From Podarcis filfolensis (lineage: Eukaryota): a stretch of DNA of 64,000 nt. A program made the position numbers and the translations under genes. Positions within the stretch are counted from its first letter, which is position 1; each line of letters opens with the position of its first letter. The stretch lies in NCBI GenBank assembly GCA_964270895.1, contig OZ185439.1; one strand, given 5' to 3'. The notes beneath the pieces were generated by a model. That model was given only the letters and a program-made list of their open reading frames with translations. It was not told the DNA's origin and did no database searches. This document shows positions 59,671 to 64,000 of this stretch, piece by piece.

Positions 59671-61869
59671 TAAAAAGCAGCAAAAAAGGATGTACAATAA
59701 CATTTTTAAGGAAAATGTGACATCACATGAGGGTGTTTTTTTTTTATTTTCATGCCAAGAGGTATGAAAATGAAATTGTTTGGAAATGACAGCATTGTAG
59801 GCTGAGGAAATGTGTGCTTTGTGCAGCTGAGGTGTGCATTCACTACAGGCAACAAAAGAGGCAGGGAGGGTGGAAAGGTTGGAGGTTTCAGGGAGTGACT
59901 GCAAGCATGGATTATTTTTTTTTTAATTATATGTGATTTTATAAATGCTCACCATGGTTCTGAGACCCAGCCTCACATCATGGGCAATCTCCAAGGGGCA
60001 AAAAAACACAGAGAAGAAGAAGAGGGAGGGGAAAATGATCAAATAGTGTGGCTTCTAAGAAATGTACACATAGTGATGACAGATATCAGCATACCCATGT
60101 CATGCAACACTGGTGATAGTAAGCAAAATGCCTGCATCTTTTATTTGAACTCTTCCTCCCATCCCTTCAGCATATGCCAGACACACCCCAAAGTGTGTTG
60201 GGGTTTTGGTGGGAGTGGAAGAAATACTTTCTAATTTTTCTCAGATTAATGTGTTACCCTTGGTATTTTTTCATTGCTGATCAATCACACCCGTCACTGA
60301 CATGCCACATGACATGAAATTGTCATTTCAAAGCAGGTTTTGATTTATTTCAGCTATACCTGCGTTGCATTTCAATGTACTCTTACTTGGAAATAAGCCC
60401 CACTGGATAAATTTGCTTCCAAGTAAGTATGAATAAAATGATAGTACATATCATCTGGAATATGAGTAAAACCATTCAAACAAATCAAGGTATGTTTTCC
60501 CGTGTGACCTGGCCTGGAATTAGGAGTGGCATAAACTGGTTGCCGCCCACTTCTGACTTTTTTGGCGGAGTTGTGCGCTCAGTCACAAGTTTGCCTTCAA
60601 TCAGCTAATTCAGATATTTCCTATTTGTGACATAAATGACACACTAAAAATGCACCCAAACTACTGAAAGTGACTGGCATGGTCCAGGTTAATTTGTCTG
60701 ATTCTGTTGGAGTTTTTCGTTTTTAATTTTGGTGTACTTCATACTCTAAAATCCTATTTTCTTCACCATTTTGGATACCGAAAAAGAATTGTATATTGGA
60801 AAAGAAAGGAAGTATACAATTTTCACCAATAAATTAGGTATTCTCAATTAGTGCTACATTTTAGGAGTGCTTTATATATTTCTTTGGTGGGGGGGCAGGC
60901 TCACAGTAACCATTGAGGCCAATGTAGGCAAGTATTTCAAATTGTGTGCATGTTGGCAGGTGTTTAGATAACCGGCAGCTCTGTCCCATTCACTTAGAAC
61001 AGGATTCTATTTTGGTATAATTTTCTCTGTACAAGTTAACCCTGGTACAGAGCATAACTCATTGTATTTCATAACGTCATATTTCATTACATGGCTGGGC
61101 CATTCAGTGGCCTTATGGCTTGCCCTCCTTGTCTCGTGTATTGGAAAGTGAACTTCTTTTCTGAGAAACCCTTGTATAGCTTCCATGGAACCCAAGGCTT
61201 CTTGCGCTTATCTTTCATATTAATACAGGCCATACGTTATAACTATATAACATTCCTTCACTACTGCCGGTTACATGTTGCAGTGGGAACACATACATCT
61301 TCCCCTCCCCTTATTCCTCTCTCTTCCCCTGGAATAGATATGCTGGTAGATTAGGGTAGTCCAGATTTCTAAACAGTTCAGTGCCTTGATTTAAGATTGT
61401 ATGTCCGAGAATTATCCAACCACCTATCACAAAAAAACTGTCTGTCAAATGGCCAGGTCTTCAACAGCTCTTCAACTTCTATTTGCATGGTAGTTTTGGA
61501 ACTCCATTCAGGTGGTAGTCAAGAGCTAATGATAAGTTGATATTTCTCTGAAAAGTGTTGGAGAAGAGTAGAATGACTTCCATTCTTCTCTATCTACACT
61601 TTGGAATCTACAGGAGATTCCACATTCCGCCACCTGGGACTTTCTGAAGTGTGGCAGTTTCTGATTCCTTGAGGCTTCAATGGCAGGTAGCTTGTTTGGG
61701 TGGAAATCTGCCTTAGTAAGTATGAGTGAATGCAGGCCATTGTTTAATAAGCGATAGCTTGCTTCCAGTGTGTGTGTGACCATTTTACAGAGCCTCAAAC
61801 ACATTACTTTCCGATGGAATCAGCGACAAATTCAAACTCTCAGTCATCTAACCACAATTAAGGCTGCAG

Positions 61870-62030
61870 TTAGGCATGGAAGGACCTGCTAGTTCTCCCA
61901 GTTTCTCATTTTTTTTCTTCCAAATCTTAAATTCTGCTCTCTAGATTTCTGCCACAATTTGTGAATTTCCTCACAAAAATTCACCAGCATTTTGGTGTAA
62001 ATTTATCCTAGTGAACACATTTTTTCATAC
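61870..62030 (-). mobile_element. Fragment of the same old DNA element
   Basis: taggcatggaagga...cagtttctcatttt...ccagcattttggtgtaaattt. Confidence 0.5.
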
Positions 62031-62568
62031 CAAGCCCCATTGTACTCTGAGTCCCCACTGAACTCTGGAGTACATACTTCTGAGTAGACAGTCTGTAGAC
62101 AGGAGTGGACTGTAAGCAATGAAAAATCAAGAGGCTGCACATGTGAATTGGCCCTGTGTAGTAGCTAGCGTGCTACTGTTCTACTGCCCTGTATTGCCAG
62201 TGACATTTTTTATTATTATTTCCTGCTCCCAAAAGTTTATTTCATCTTAGAAAATTAAAGTACAATGCAGTGATACATACAGATGATTATTTATATGAGA
62301 AATTTTAGCAAAAAAAGTACAAAGATTTCAGATGTGATTGAAATACATAAAAATAATAATTTAAAAAGCAATGTAAAATATAAACATACAATGAAGGGGA
62401 ATTATATATATATTTAAAATCTTGTATTTTTCTTCACATGGAATAGGGAACACAAGTTGAAAAAAAACAAATAAAACAGTAAGAAGAAAAACAACCAGCA
62501 ACAGGGTGGGTTGGGGGGGGGGGGAGAGAAGACAGTGATGAAATGGCAAAAAAAGAGAGATAATAGTT

Positions 62569-62704
62569 CAGGCATAGGCAAACTCAGCCCTCCATATGTT
62601 TTGGGACTACAGCTCCCATCATCCCTGACCACTGGTCCTGTTAGCTAGGGATGATGGGAGTTGTAGTCCCAAAACATCTGGAGGGCTAAGTTTCCCTACA
62701 CCTG
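62569..62704. mobile_element. Palindromic hAT MITE (same family)
   Basis: Same sequence; TSD taatagtt versus tgatagtc (6/8). Confidence 0.85.
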
Positions 62705-62719
62705 TGATAGTCTGTGTTG

Positions 62720-62843
62720 AGAGTAGTCAACCTGTTGTCTGGCAGATGTTGAGAAAGACACTTCCAATCTGCTCCAGCCAGCATGGCCAAAGTGACGGTG
62801 GGAGTCCACAACATCTGGAGAGCACCATGGTGCCTGTCTTCAG
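62720..62843. mobile_element. Older related hAT MITE subfamily
   Basis: gagtagtcaacctgttg...ccagccagcatggcc...acaacatctggagagcaccatggtgcct. Confidence 0.55.
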
Positions 62844-64000
62844 TGTTTTCATTTTTAAGTAGGAGGAAGGACCCAGTTCCCAAAACAGTTCAACTAATTT
62901 TCCACTCTGAAAGTGCATGAATGCCCCAGTTGTGCTTAAAAAAAAAAATGGAGGTGATACATGCCTAAGTACAATGGAGCCAGGTGGTACACAATGGCTA
63001 CCATTATGCAGAACCTGTGGTGTTATTTTTTTCAGTCCCTAAGGAATGTTCTTCCTTCTGGCAGCTAATCTACATGATCAGAAATCCCATGCAATTATCC
63101 CTTGCTGGACTCTACTACTTTAGATTGCATGGAGAACAGCATTTCCAACTTAGTCCATTTATTGAGGAGCACTTCACATGTTGCCCAATCAGCAAGTAAC
63201 ATAGCTCTGTAGTCTACACCTGGCGCCAATATCGAGTCTCTCTTCAGTGCCAGGTGAATAATTTGCCCTAGCCTTTTCTTTAGTTTTTATGATTTTATGC
63301 TAATTTGTAGTGCAATTTGCTGGGTGATCAAATTCATTGCATTTATTGTATTTTCATTTTTATGCTGTGCACCACTTGGCAAGCCCAGGCTGCAGAGATG
63401 CTAGCAAATATTTCAGTAAATAAAACAAAGAGTGAGAGCAATTCACACCTTCCATACAGGAGAAAGATCAAATAATTGAATGCTCATACGTGAAATATTT
63501 CTTGCAAATACAAAATCAGCATGTTTGAGAGATACTTGTAGCCTGTCCTTCTCCCTTGCATACTAGCTTTAAATATGCAGACAGTTTTTTTGTTCAAAAA
63601 GAGGGATCATTCAAACATTTAACACACACAGTTTGAAGTGATACTGTCCATCATTGGATACATTACATGGGACTGTCACTTGTGAAGCTTGGCTCTAAGA
63701 CAGCAGGAGTTTTTAGGATGCAAATGTTTTGAGGTAGGTTAGAATACACCCATCATTAACAGATATGGTATTATTCAAGCTAAATACACTGAAAGGGGGA
63801 GGTTTTGTTTTTTTAGTTGATACATCAAACATTATATACCACTTACTAGAACAAAAGAGCTCTAGGCAGTTTAAAATATTCATGATAAATACCAATAAAA
63901 TTGTATTTATGATGGTTGTGGCATTAGAGATCACAATAAGGCATAAAACATGTAAACCTGGTTAGGCTTGTAAAAAGAAAAAGGTAAAAAAAAAATGGTT

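Larger units (their letters stand above)
49632..64000 (-). other. GRID1: Last intron of GRID1 (more than 14 kb, continues beyond the window)
   Basis: Lies upstream of the acceptor at 49632-49633. I did not find the preceding M4-encoding exon (expected ...KWW...ELWWNSNRCHQETPKE) by eye in 49632-64000. Confidence 0.75.

Noticed and set aside
61526-61804. 92-aa minus-strand ORF in the GRID1 intron as an alternative exon
   Set aside because: No recognisable homology and no clear pair of splice sites.
1-64000. CRISPR arrays, prokaryotic operons, rRNA, NUMT or endogenous viral ORFs
   Set aside because: The DNA is eukaryotic; no regularly spaced repeats, rRNA or mitochondrial signatures, or viral protein motifs were seen by eye.

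Overview
Vertebrate genomic DNA, most likely a lacertid lizard (inferred from Sauria-type SINEs, a Squam3-like SINE and lacertid-style L2/CR1/hAT/mariner repeats). The only recognisable host gene is GRID1 (glutamate receptor delta-1) on the minus strand. Its last coding exon is 49203-49631 (ends ...SHGTSI*), its last intron runs from 49632 off the right end of the window, and its 3' UTR probably extends to about 46.2 kb across a 130-N assembly gap. Bases 1 to about 46 kb are gene-poor downstream sequence full of repeats. The largest feature is a full-length 6.2-kb L1 retrotransposon (28067-34243, minus) with a perfect 17-bp TSD, intact ORF1 and an ORF2 broken by three lesions. There are also SINEs, L2 and CR1 fragments, many hAT and mariner MITEs (several nested, with readable 8-bp or TA TSDs), one clean solo LTR, and three copies of an unclassified LTR-like repeat with no TSD and a hairpin beyond one end. 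I cannot demonstrate a new biological system. The unclassified repeat family, a possible intron in the L1 5' UTR and SINEs with different tRNA heads on one CR1 tail are the best leads. Family assignments come from motif recognition, not database searches. Most short ORFs in the supplied track look like noise.
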